DNA from: an uncultured Candidatus Saccharibacteria bacterium
Lineage (GTDB): Bacteria > Patescibacteriota > CAZHWT01
Assembly: GCA_964597145.1 (NCBI GenBank)
Contig: CAZQWH010000002.1
Location: 113,232-177,231 of the forward strand
Reading direction: 5' to 3'
DNA length: 64,000 nucleotides
Part shown: piece after piece, positions 1-9,248 of the stretch
How the letters are laid out: each line of letters starts with the position of its first letter
Position numbering within the stretch: the first letter of the stretch is position 1
Made by a program: the position numbers and the translations under genes
The notes under the pieces: model-generated
What the model saw: the letters and a program-made list of their open reading frames with translations, nothing else
The model's database searches: none
What the model was told of the DNA's origin: nothing

Positions 1-17
1 AAGAATTTCCCCGATCA

Positions 18-569
18 TTGTATGTATCCAATGACAACCTAGAGAGAATCGAGCCAATTATACGGCACTTTGCAAATGAGCCAGGAGCAGCCTCACTCCA
101 CCCTCTCCAAAATAACACTCTTATAGGAACCAAGTCTTACGCTCATACCCATGGCATCTTGCACCCAATTGTTATTGTCTACATCCAAAACGACCAGGGA
201 CAGTTATTAATACAGCGAAGAGTCGATACCCAACAGTGGGATCATTCAGCAGCAGGCCATACCGAAATCGGCGAAACACCCGAGCAAGCAGTCCGTCGAG
301 AGCTACAAGAAGAACTGGGTGTAGTTGGGGATGTAACTTTTATTGCTAAAGTGGATGAACTTCGCCACCCCCTTATTCCCAAAACAACTCGACATACCGC
401 CTATATTTACAAAGCTCAACACAATGGGCCGTTTAGCCTGCAGGAATCCGAGGTTGCAGAGGTAAAGTTTATAAATCTTCAAACACTTCGAGCCGATATG
501 ACCGCCAACCCTACCCAGTACTCAGCCGGAATGATAGCCAGCCTTTTACATGCCTATCCATACGCCTAA
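18..569 (+). CDS. NUDIX hydrolase (YfcD/IDI-like)
   Basis: Nudix box GHTEIGETPEQAVRRELQEELG preceded by LLIQRR..WD.SAAG; start codon uncertain. Confidence 0.8.
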   Translation: MYVSNDNLERIEPIIRHFANEPGAASLHPLQNNTLIGTKSYAHTHGILHPIVIVYIQNDQGQLLIQRRVDTQQWDHSAAGHTEIGETPEQAVRRELQEELGVVGDVTFIAKVDELRHPLIPKTTRHTAYIYKAQHNGPFSLQESEVAEVKFINLQTLRADMTANPTQYSAGMIASLLHAYPYA

Positions 570-731
570 AGCTGCCACACCAGGCATTTCCCCACTGCCA
601 CAATCCATCATTATCTCGATCTAACCACCCCCCAGCAGAGCACCGGTCGCCAAGGCCAATAATGTTGCTATATCTCAGATAAATAAAAAAGGACACCGCC
701 AAGGTTGCACAACAATACTACCCAACCCAGC

Positions 732-800
732 ATCAAGCAACCTAGGTTCAAAGCTACTTAACCTCGGAGGTTAAACATGCTTGAACCTAGGTTGCTTGAT
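732..800. repeat. REP/MITE-like nested palindrome, family A (full copy)
   Basis: Perfect 20-bp inverted repeat ATCAAGCAACCTAGGTTCAA (732-751/781-800) around inner palindrome TTAACCTC-G-GAGGTTAA. Confidence 0.85.
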
Positions 801-1032
801 TCGATATACATCACACATAGCTCAGTTAAATTTCAATAAATTAAAACATAAATTCTAATTTAGATTTGTATATTAATCCTGAGGAAGTTGCCGTTTAGCT
901 GACAAGGTCGAGAGATAAGAAGAATTGCCACAGCCTTGTCCATTGTACCCCAGTAAGATGGGGCGCTCACAAAATGGGCAAAACTCCAACACTACAGCAT
1001 TTCAATAACTGCCATTTAGCTAGATCGCTACC

Positions 1033-1203
1033 TTACTTTTCCCAATCGTCAACCTTCAACTCCGGTTTACTATCGGTAGCCGAGATTTCAATTTTCTGCT
1101 TTTCTTTCCAGCCAAACTTTTTAATTAATGCCTTAGGGACATTAATGACATAGCTGTCGGTGCTAACCCGTTGCAGCTTACGAACAAAGGTTTGCTTATT
1201 CAT
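1033..1203 (-). CDS. AbrB/MazE/SpoVT-family DNA-binding protein
   Basis: VRKLQRVSTDSYVINVPKALIKKFGWKEKQKIEI fits the swapped-hairpin pattern; ATG at 1203. Confidence 0.75.
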   Translation of the reverse strand: MNKQTFVRKLQRVSTDSYVINVPKALIKKFGWKEKQKIEISATDSKPELKVDDWEK

Positions 1204-1228
1204 AACGTAAGTATACACCCACAATTTA

Positions 1229-1288
1229 AAACGTATATACGGACGTATATACGTTTGGCTTTTTATCTCAGATATATTGATGAAGGGT
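1229..1288. repeat. CGTATATACG palindrome-doublet element, copy 1
   Basis: AAACGTATATACG-GA-CGTATATACGTTT plus tail; 53/60 identical to 11566-11625 by manual alignment. Confidence 0.85.
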
Positions 1289-1760
1289 GGGTGGTAGGGT
1301 GGATGTAGAAATTAGGTTATGGGAGGTGGAGGTAGCAGGAGATGGCAAAAAGTTAATAGGAGACTTACCTAATTAATACTGAAAAATTGAATAGTGAAAT
1401 AATAGTGCACGTAAGAATCTAGAAATAGTGGGTGGTTATTGTCAAAAAATAAATTACTCAATAATCCAAATTCTATAGTCTAAAAACAGTACCTATTGAC
1501 GACATAATTTCTTCGGTCGATTGCCTATTCATTATCCCTACAATGATAGTCATATTTTAGTTTATGAGTAGATAATTATTTAAGGTGCAATCGCTAATAT
1601 AAAGGTCAAGACAAAACAACGAAATCTTCACCAGCCATCTTGTTTCCATAGCCAACACAGCAAACCCTTAGTCTGAAACACCCCAAACCTTCTTGTATCA
1701 CTCAGTATTCAAAAACACTCGCATCATTCCATGCACTGTGCAAGGTAATTAAATAGATGC

Positions 1761-1801
1761 AACCTCAAAGGTGAAATAGCTTTGAACCTAGGTTGCCTGA
1801 T
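1761..1801. repeat. Family A repeat, partial copy
   Basis: AACCTCAAAGGTGAAATAGCTTTGAACCTAGGTTGCCTGAT matches the reverse complement of the left part of 732-800. Confidence 0.8.
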
Positions 1802-1907
1802 GATAATTTTGAAGAGGGACGGCCTATCTATAAACAGTAGGTGCAGGGTAGCAGCAAAGAAAAACCCAAACATAAACAGGTGGCAAGTAGTATGCTATGA
1901 TTATGTT

Positions 1908-2171
1908 ATGGGTGAATCAGCCAAGGATAAGGAACCAACCATTCTCTTGCAGCCACAAGACAAGGGAGCCATAGCAGTCTACCGCAAAAAACGGCATCTA
2001 TTTTTGGCCAACTTTCTGGGTGGTTTGGCTTGGGGGCTTGGTTCAGTGCTCGGCGCAACCCTAATTGTGGCCACTATTCTATTTCTTTTAAACGCTTTAG
2101 GCGGCCTGCCAATTATTGGTGATTATATTACCGATATAGCCGACGCCATTTCTCGTGGCACTAATCGCTAA
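1908..2171 (+). CDS. Small membrane protein (DUF5665-like)
   Basis: FLANFLGGLAWGLGSVLGATLIV...LPIIGDYI pattern; ATG 1908 preferred over TTG 1782. Confidence 0.7.
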   Translation: MGESAKDKEPTILLQPQDKGAIAVYRKKRHLFLANFLGGLAWGLGSVLGATLIVATILFLLNALGGLPIIGDYITDIADAISRGTNR

Positions 2172-2243
2172 TTCACTCCAGTATAAATTTTAATGCTTGA
2201 GACTTCCACCTCTGATGGAGTAAAATACGGACTACGAAAGTAG

Positions 2244-2347
2244 CAGGGTAAAGCGCAAATGAGTAAAGTGCAAAGGCATAACTAATAGCATAAAGTTTGT
2301 AGCTTTGCCTTATGGTTTTGACCTTTGCCTTTTAACTTTTGACCCTG
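2244..2347. repeat. Heptamer-based imperfect hairpin in thrS leader
   Basis: CAGGGT..GCAAAGG / CCTTTGC..ACCCTG arms; shares TTTTGACCTTTGCCT with 6822-6836. Confidence 0.6.
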
Positions 2348-2362
2348 TGAATGGAACATATT

Positions 2363-4123
2363 ATGAATAAATCCAATCCCGAACATCTCGACCACCTCCG
2401 CCACTCCGCGGCCCACCTTTTGGCTGCTGCTGCGCTTGAACTGTGGCCCAAAACCAAGCTGACCATTGGTCCGGCAATTGAAAACGGATTTTACTACGAT
2501 TTTGATTTTGCCCAACCTATATCCGAAGACGATTTAGGCAAGTTGGAAAAAAGGATGGCCGAGATCGCGCCAACTTGGAAGGAGTTTATCCACGAAACTG
2601 TCTCCGAAGCCGAAGCTCGCAAGCGGGTAGGGGACAATCCTTACAAGCAAGAGCTAATCGATGAAATTGTCGCCCGGGGCGAGCCGTTAACCTTTTATAC
2701 TTCGGGTAAGTTTTCCGATTTATGTCGGGGTGGCCACGTTGAGCATCCCGATCGGGAGCTCAAGCACTTTAAATTGCTCTCAATCGCTGGGGCGTACTGG
2801 CGGGGGAGCGAGAAGAACCCGATGTTAACCCGGATTTACGGCACGATTTGGCCTAGCCAAAAAGAACTAAATGAACATCTTGCCGCATTAGAAGAAGCCA
2901 AAAAGCGTGATCATCGCGTGATTGGTCAAGAACTAGACTTGTTTGCCTTTTCGCCGCTGGTGGGCAAAGGGCTGCCGTTGTGGTTGCCCAAAGGAGCCAC
3001 AATTCGCAGGGAGCTAGAACAGTTTGTGGTTGACGAAGAACTGAAACGCAACTACCTCCATGTCTACACTCCTGACATTGCCTTACTCGATTTATTTAAG
3101 ACATCCGGCCACTATCCTTATTACAAGGATTCGATGTATGCGCCCATCCAAATTGATGACGAGCAATTTATGCTGCGCCCCATGACTTGCCCTCACCATT
3201 TTGAGCTCTATAAAGCCAAGCCTCGATCTTACCGAGAGTTACCGATGCGAATTGCCGAACTGGCCAAGCTTTATCGTTACGAAAAGTCGGGCGAGTTATC
3301 TGGATTAATGAGGGTTCGGGCTTTCTGCCTGGCTGACGCCCATATCATTGCCACCAAAGAGCAAGCGAATGGCGTAATTCATGAAGTACTCGAGCTCATT
3401 GAGTACGTGTCAAATGTATTTGGCCTAGAGCTGGGAAAAGACTACCACTACCGACTATCCTTGGGCGATCGTCATGATGACAAGAAATACTTTAAGCATG
3501 ATGAAGCCTGGGACTATGCCGAAAATGTGCTACGCCAAGTGTTAAAAGAGCGAAAGTCTCCATTTGTGGAAGCAGCTCAAGAGGCTGCCTTCTACGGACC
3601 CAAGATTGATGTACAAATGAAAAATGTTCACGGCAAAGAGGACACTGCCTTTACCGTTCAATACGACTTTGTTATGCCTGGGCGGTTTAACCTAGAATAT
3701 GTTGATAGTGATGGTCAAACCAAGGAGCCAATTGTCATTCACCGATCGTCAATTGGGGCAATTGAGCGGATTATGGCTTTCTTAATTGAACGGTATGGCG
3801 GTGCTTTCCCAACCTGGCTAGCACCAGTTCAAGCCGTTATTATCCCAATTTCAGATAAGCATTTAGACTATGCGAACCAACTAACTACTGCGCTGCAGCA
3901 GCGAGGAGTACGATTTGAGCTGGATAGTCGCAACGAAAGTATGGGGGCCAAAATCCGCGACGCTCAGTTGCAAAAGGTTCCTTATATGCTGGTCGTTGGG
4001 GATAAAGAAATGGCAGATAAAACTGTAGCAGTGCGTGCCCGGGATGGCAAAAAACAAGAAGTCTTGCAAGTGCAAGAGTTTCTTGATAGAATAAGCCAGC
4101 AAATAGCCCAGAAGACGGGCTAG
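2363..4123 (+). CDS. thrS: Threonine--tRNA ligase (no N-terminal TGS domain)
   Basis: LRHSAAH, DLCRGGH, PMTCPHH, FYGPKID, anticodon-binding domain; start 2351 or 2363. Confidence 0.97.
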   Translation: MNKSNPEHLDHLRHSAAHLLAAAALELWPKTKLTIGPAIENGFYYDFDFAQPISEDDLGKLEKRMAEIAPTWKEFIHETVSEAEARKRVGDNPYKQELIDEIVARGEPLTFYTSGKFSDLCRGGHVEHPDRELKHFKLLSIAGAYWRGSEKNPMLTRIYGTIWPSQKELNEHLAALEEAKKRDHRVIGQELDLFAFSPLVGKGLPLWLPKGATIRRELEQFVVDEELKRNYLHVYTPDIALLDLFKTSGHYPYYKDSMYAPIQIDDEQFMLRPMTCPHHFELYKAKPRSYRELPMRIAELAKLYRYEKSGELSGLMRVRAFCLADAHIIATKEQANGVIHEVLELIEYVSNVFGLELGKDYHYRLSLGDRHDDKKYFKHDEAWDYAENVLRQVLKERKSPFVEAAQEAAFYGPKIDVQMKNVHGKEDTAFTVQYDFVMPGRFNLEYVDSDGQTKEPIVIHRSSIGAIERIMAFLIERYGGAFPTWLAPVQAVIIPISDKHLDYANQLTTALQQRGVRFELDSRNESMGAKIRDAQLQKVPYMLVVGDKEMADKTVAVRARDGKKQEVLQVQEFLDRISQQIAQKTG

Positions 4124-4203
4124 ATTTGCATGGAAATTATTGGTATATACATACAAGGGGATATATTATTACCCCAAGTAATTACCAGAAAGAGGAAGTA
4201 CCC

Positions 4204-4740
4204 ATACTACGACGTTATAAAAAACCTGAGCCAAAAAAGTTTTACCCGCGCAATTATCAGATCCGATCAAACCAAGTGCGAGTAATTGGCGAGGATGGAG
4301 AGCAATTAGGTATTTTGTCGTTGTCCGATGCGGTGGCTAAAGCCCAAGCAGCTGGTCTAGATTTAGTGGCAGTATCCATGAACTCTAATCCGCCAGTCGC
4401 CCGCATTACAGAGTTTGCCAAGTTTTTGTACGATCAAAAGCAGCGCGAAAAGCGCCAGCGCAAAAACACCAAAGAGGTTGAGGTTAAAGAGTTGCGATTT
4501 GGGCCAAATATTGGCGATCACGATTTAGAAATTCGCATCCAACGAGCCAAAAACTTTTTAAAAGCTGGCAATAAGATTAAAATAAACTGCCAATTTAGAG
4601 GACGAATGATTACTCACCCCGAAGTAGGGAAGGCGAAAATCAATCGGATGCTGGCAGAACTGGAAGATTTATGCGATGTTGAGCGCGGACCATACCATGA
4701 AGGTCGCAGCGTCATTGCCTTATTGCAACCCAAAAAATAA
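4204..4740 (+). CDS. infC: Translation initiation factor IF-3 (probable ATA start)
   Basis: NYQIRSNQVRVIGEDGEQLG, VKELRFGPNIGDHD; SD-like AGAGGA upstream of in-frame ATA 4204. Confidence 0.95.
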   Translation: MLRRYKKPEPKKFYPRNYQIRSNQVRVIGEDGEQLGILSLSDAVAKAQAAGLDLVAVSMNSNPPVARITEFAKFLYDQKQREKRQRKNTKEVEVKELRFGPNIGDHDLEIRIQRAKNFLKAGNKIKINCQFRGRMITHPEVGKAKINRMLAELEDLCDVERGPYHEGRSVIALLQPKK

Positions 4741-4747
4741 TATTTTA

Positions 4748-4817
4748 TGTCATTCTGAATTTATTTCAGAACCTATGCCATCTCAGGAATCGATCCTGAA
4801 ACAAGTTCAGGATGACA
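4748..4817. repeat. GTCA-type REP doublet (REPIN-like)
   Basis: TGTCATTCTGAATTTATTTCAGAA ... TCCTGAAACAAGTTCAGGATGACA; inverted pair with a hairpin in each arm. Confidence 0.8.
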
Positions 4818-4840
4818 CAATCTAGTAAGGTATTAACATT

Positions 4841-5047
4841 ATGAAAGCAAAAACTAAGACAAAGAAAGCAGCGTTAAAACGAGTTAAGATTACCAGTAGT
4901 GGCAAAATGCTCATTGGTCACGTTAATACGTCCCATTTAAAAACCAAGCAGTCACGTCGAACCAAGCGGCGCAAGAGTGTTAAGGAATTACTGAGCAAGT
5001 CCGATACACGACGAGTAGAGCAGATTTTGCCCTACAAGAATAAATAA
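4841..5047 (+). CDS. rpmI: 50S ribosomal protein L35
   Basis: KTKKAALKRVKITSSGK; infC-rpmI-rplT synteny. Confidence 0.95.
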   Translation: MKAKTKTKKAALKRVKITSSGKMLIGHVNTSHLKTKQSRRTKRRKSVKELLSKSDTRRVEQILPYKNK

Positions 5048-5199
5048 GATTATACTTACCAAGTTGACATACATGAGATAATTCCTGCTCATGCATGTCA
5101 ACCCAAATTTAATTTGGGGTCTAAAAAAGCGATTTACTCGCTTAGATTAAAAAGCAGCAAGCATTTTAGTTTGTTATATAAATTTTAGGAGTCAATCAC

Positions 5200-5553
5200 A
5201 TGCGCGTCAAAAGAGGGGTAACCGCCAAACAACGACATAAAAGAATTTTAGCCCGAGCCAAAGGCTTCCGCGCTTCCCGGGGTAGCCACATCAAGGCGGC
5301 CAAAGAAGCATTGCTACACGCTGGTGCCCATGCTTACCGAGACCGCCGGCTGAAAAAGCGCACTAATCGCGCCCTATGGATCACCCGCCTCTCAGCCGCA
5401 TCCCGCCAAGAAGGTATGGCCTACAGTCGGTTTATTGCTGGGTTAAAGTCGGCCAACATTGGCTTAGATCGTAAAGTCCTATCTGAAATAGCAGCTACCG
5501 ATCGTCCAACCTTCACCGCTATTGTGGACCATATTAAATCTAAGGCAGAATAA
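5200..5553 (+). CDS. rplT: 50S ribosomal protein L20
   Basis: MRVKRGV, AYRDRR, LWITRL, LDRKVLSEIA. Confidence 0.97.
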   Translation: MRVKRGVTAKQRHKRILARAKGFRASRGSHIKAAKEALLHAGAHAYRDRRLKKRTNRALWITRLSAASRQEGMAYSRFIAGLKSANIGLDRKVLSEIAATDRPTFTAIVDHIKSKAE

Positions 5554-5556
5554 CTC

Positions 5557-5757
5557 ATGAGTCTATGGCTGCAAGCACTACTGGTGTTTAGCGTCTTAAT
5601 TCTGATTATGGGTTATTTTCAGTACCGCCGCTCGCATGACATCATTTCGGTTATCCAAGAGATGTTTCGGCCTAGCTACTTAGTCCCGGCCATTATCGGC
5701 ACCGTTGCATTTCTCATTTTAAAGGTTGTCGCATCTGTGCTAGATAAGGTACTATAA
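5557..5757 (+). CDS. Small two-TM membrane protein
   Basis: Two hydrophobic segments; tightly packed between rplT and pheS. Confidence 0.65.
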   Translation: MSLWLQALLVFSVLILIMGYFQYRRSHDIISVIQEMFRPSYLVPAIIGTVAFLILKVVASVLDKVL

Positions 5758-5762
5758 GGGTT

Positions 5763-6791
5763 ATGAAATCTAATTCAATCGAAGCACAATTGGCTGCCCT
5801 CCAAGATGAGGCCCGCCGAGCGATTGATGCGGTGCATTCGCTGACCGACCTAGAATCCTGGCAGATACAATTTAATGGCCGCAAAAGCCAACTTTCTCAC
5901 CTTTCACAACAACTCAAAGATATTCCAGTCGAACAAAAAGCGGCTGCCGGACAAGCACTTAACGCGACCAAGCAAACACTAGCCGAGCTATACCAACTCA
6001 AGACAACCTCGCTCAAGCAAGCTCAACCCGGATTAGATATGACCATTCCAGCCGCTCCAGTTCAGGCCGGACACACACATCTAGCCAGTCAAACCATCCA
6101 CCAAATTGTGACCATATTTAGTCATTTAGGGATGAACTTTGTTGAAGCGCCTGAGGCAGATTATGATTGGTACGTGTTCGAGTCTCTCAACATGCCTAAA
6201 ACTCATCCGGCTCGCGATGACTGGGAAACTTTTTTTGTTGATTTGCCCGAAGATCCCCAAAAAGGCAAAATAGTGCTGCGTCCGCACACTACCAACTTTG
6301 AGCTACACGTTATGGAAAGTACTCAACCGCCAATTCGAGCTATTACGGTAGGCAAAACATATCGCCGCCAAGCCGATGCCTCGCATACACCCATGTTTCA
6401 TCAATTCGAAGGCTTAGTCGTCGACAAGCAGGTATCGATTGGTAATTTAATTGCCACATTAGAATATTTTGTCCATAATTTTTTTGGCGCTCAAGTTAAA
6501 ACTCGGTTGCGCCCTTACCACTTCCGCTTCACCGAACCGTCATTTGAAGTAGACATTAGCTGCACGATTTGCCAAGGCGTTGGTTGCAAATTGTGCAAAG
6601 AAGGCTGGCTCGAACTCGGTGGAGCTGGTATGACCCATCCCACTGTTTTACGCAATGGCGGCATTGATCCCGAAACTTACTCGGGGTTTGCCTGGGGTTT
6701 CGGGGTCGAGCGCTGTCTAGCCATTCGCCATAGAATAGAAGATATTCGGATGATTTATGAGAACGATATCCGTTTTTTGGAGCAATTTTAA
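5763..6791 (+). CDS. pheS: Phenylalanine--tRNA ligase alpha subunit
   Basis: HPARD, HTPMFHQFEG, FRFTEPS, GFAWGFGVER. Confidence 0.97.
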   Translation: MKSNSIEAQLAALQDEARRAIDAVHSLTDLESWQIQFNGRKSQLSHLSQQLKDIPVEQKAAAGQALNATKQTLAELYQLKTTSLKQAQPGLDMTIPAAPVQAGHTHLASQTIHQIVTIFSHLGMNFVEAPEADYDWYVFESLNMPKTHPARDDWETFFVDLPEDPQKGKIVLRPHTTNFELHVMESTQPPIRAITVGKTYRRQADASHTPMFHQFEGLVVDKQVSIGNLIATLEYFVHNFFGAQVKTRLRPYHFRFTEPSFEVDISCTICQGVGCKLCKEGWLELGGAGMTHPTVLRNGGIDPETYSGFAWGFGVERCLAIRHRIEDIRMIYENDIRFLEQF

Positions 6792-6851
6792 TTAAGGCAA
6801 AGGCTTAATCTTTACATCAGCTTTTGACCTTTGCCTGTTGACTTTATTTTT

Positions 6852-9248
6852 ATGCTAGTACCAATTGATTGGCTAAAAGAATACGTTGATATTGAACTAT
6901 CTACGGCTGATTTGGCCCACAGACTAACCGCGTCGGGATCCTCAGTTGAGCGCATTATACAGGTTGGACAAAACCTGGACGACTTAATCGTCGGGCTTGT
7001 CGAAGAAGTAAATCCTCACCCTAACGCCGACCGATTGCGCTTAGCTAAAGTCAACATTGGCCCCGAAATCGTTGAGGTGGTATGCGGCGCGACTAACCTC
7101 AAAGCCGGCCAACACATTGTCTATGCCAAAGAGGGGGCGCATATCCCTATTAATATGCACGACGACCACCGCCAACCCTTCACTCTTAAAAAGGCGACTA
7201 TCCGTGGTGTAGAAAGCAATGGTATGATTTGTTCGGTAGCCGAAATGGGACTGGGCGAAGATCACGAAGGCATTCTCGTTTTACCCGAGTCAACAAAAGT
7301 CGGCCAAAAGATTACCACCGCCCTTAACTATCCCCAAACAGTATTTGATATCGAGATTACCACCAACCGCTCCGACGAACTATCGTTGCTGGGCATTGCC
7401 CGAGAAGTTAGCGCCCTAACCGAAAAGCAGCTCAATCTACCTACCACCAAACAGGCACTATCAGTCAATAAGACCGGTACATTTAAGCCATTAATCCAAT
7501 CACCTAACTGTTTCCGTCTCATAACTCAACAATTAAAGGTAACGGTTGGCCCATCACCTTGGTGGATGCAACAACGGTTAACCTTGGCAGGCATGCGGCC
7601 AATCAACAACATTGTGGATATTACTAACTACGTTATGTTAGAGTATGGCCAACCATTGCATGCCTACGATGTGGCGCAACTTGCCGGCCACCAGCTAATT
7701 GCCCGCCAGGCTCAGCCAGGAGAAAAATTGACTACACTCGATGGCATTAACCGACAACTCACTTCCGAGATGCTGGTTATCGCCGATGAACAGCAGGCTT
7801 TAGGCATAGCTGGCATTATGGGGGGATCGGCTAGCAAAACAACCAACCAAACCACCGAAATCGTTTTAGAAGCAGCCGCGTTTGACCCTATTGGTATCCG
7901 TAAGACTGCCAATACCTTAGCCTTACGCTCCGAGGCTTCACGCCGCTTTGAGCGAAGCGTTGATCGGGAAATGACTGCCATGGCTCTGGCCCGAGCGGTC
8001 GATTTAATGATTACGCATGCCGATGCCCAAGTTTTATCTAAGGCTATCGACAGTTATCCCGCACCATTCGAGTCAAAGCAGCTCACCTTGCACGCCGGCA
8101 AGCTAAACCAATATTTAGGCCAACCAGTCGACCCCGCCAAAGCTCGTTCGATCTTAAAATCACTGGGGTTTGGTGACGCTTCTGCTTTCGGCAATGATAC
8201 CGAATGGGAAATTGCGGTCCGCGTCCCCAGCTGGCGGGCGCATGACATTCAAGAAGAAGTGGACCTAATCGAAGAAGTAGTGCGGATGGTTGGGTATGAC
8301 CAGCTGCCCGTTTCGCTCCCAACCGGCGAATTATCAGCCCAACCAATTAACCCAGAATACACCCAACGGCATCAACTCCGAAATGCCCTAGCTCGGGCAG
8401 GGTGGTCAGAGATTATTTCCGTCTCACTTGTCGGCCAGAACTGGCTAGACCAATTACAAGTACCACTCCCATCCATTCAACTAGCAAACCCATTGTCCTC
8501 GGAGTGGACCCACTTACGCTCCAGCTTGCTACCAGGCCTAATTAAATCGGCCACAAATAACATTCGCTGGCAACATCACTTGAAATTATTTGAATTAGGC
8601 GTAACTTACCAACCAAACAAGCAAGCGCTACCTCACCAAGACATGCATCTCGGATTATTACTTTGTAGTCCAAAAACGCCCGAATTTGCACTAGCGGAGA
8701 TAAAAGGGGTAGTGGAATATAGCCTACGTCAAGCTGGAGGCAATCCAGATGCTATCGTATACAATGAAACTGTTTCGGTTAACCCCCCATTTGATGCAAA
8801 CCAAAGCGCAGCCATCGTAGTTAATGGCCATACGGTAGGAGAAATTGGCCTATTGCCAGAGCCTATTCGTGAATCCTTACACCTACCGCCAAGCACTTTC
8901 ATCGCCGAACTAACCGTGGAAGAAATTGTAACCAAGTCTCAACCATACCAACTACAACCCTTAACAATGCTCCCTGGCTTAGAAGAAGACCTTTCCGTAG
9001 TCGTATCCGAAAAAACCTCGGTCGCTAAAGTCTTGGCAATCATTAGCCAATCTGGTCAGCCATTATTAGAATCTGTCGAGCTAAGCCAAGTTTATCGTAG
9101 TCCAAAACTGGGCCAAAATTTAAAATCACTAACGTTCCATCTAACTTACCGCGATCCGAGCAAAACCTTATCATCCAAGGAAGTCGGCCGCGCCCGACAC
9201 AAAATTGCTGAACAATTAAAAAAGGAGGACATGCATGTCCGAGAATAA
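6852..9248 (+). CDS. pheT: Phenylalanine--tRNA ligase beta subunit
   Basis: HPNADRL, IRGVESNGMICS, RPINNIVDITNYVMLEYGQPLHAYD, C-terminal FDX-ACB domain. Confidence 0.97.
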   Translation: MLVPIDWLKEYVDIELSTADLAHRLTASGSSVERIIQVGQNLDDLIVGLVEEVNPHPNADRLRLAKVNIGPEIVEVVCGATNLKAGQHIVYAKEGAHIPINMHDDHRQPFTLKKATIRGVESNGMICSVAEMGLGEDHEGILVLPESTKVGQKITTALNYPQTVFDIEITTNRSDELSLLGIAREVSALTEKQLNLPTTKQALSVNKTGTFKPLIQSPNCFRLITQQLKVTVGPSPWWMQQRLTLAGMRPINNIVDITNYVMLEYGQPLHAYDVAQLAGHQLIARQAQPGEKLTTLDGINRQLTSEMLVIADEQQALGIAGIMGGSASKTTNQTTEIVLEAAAFDPIGIRKTANTLALRSEASRRFERSVDREMTAMALARAVDLMITHADAQVLSKAIDSYPAPFESKQLTLHAGKLNQYLGQPVDPAKARSILKSLGFGDASAFGNDTEWEIAVRVPSWRAHDIQEEVDLIEEVVRMVGYDQLPVSLPTGELSAQPINPEYTQRHQLRNALARAGWSEIISVSLVGQNWLDQLQVPLPSIQLANPLSSEWTHLRSSLLPGLIKSATNNIRWQHHLKLFELGVTYQPNKQALPHQDMHLGLLLCSPKTPEFALAEIKGVVEYSLRQAGGNPDAIVYNETVSVNPPFDANQSAAIVVNGHTVGEIGLLPEPIRESLHLPPSTFIAELTVEEIVTKSQPYQLQPLTMLPGLEEDLSVVVSEKTSVAKVLAIISQSGQPLLESVELSQVYRSPKLGQNLKSLTFHLTYRDPSKTLSSKEVGRARHKIAEQLKKEDMHVRE

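Noticed and set aside
1284-1345. G-quadruplex/G-rich tract
   Set aside because: Mixed GG/GGG runs with irregular spacing; insufficient evidence of function.
2200-2362. T-box riboswitch upstream of thrS (also checked pheS and tyrS)
   Set aside because: No GGTGGNACCGCG T-box sequence or specifier stem seen; the structure is explained by a heptamer hairpin repeat.
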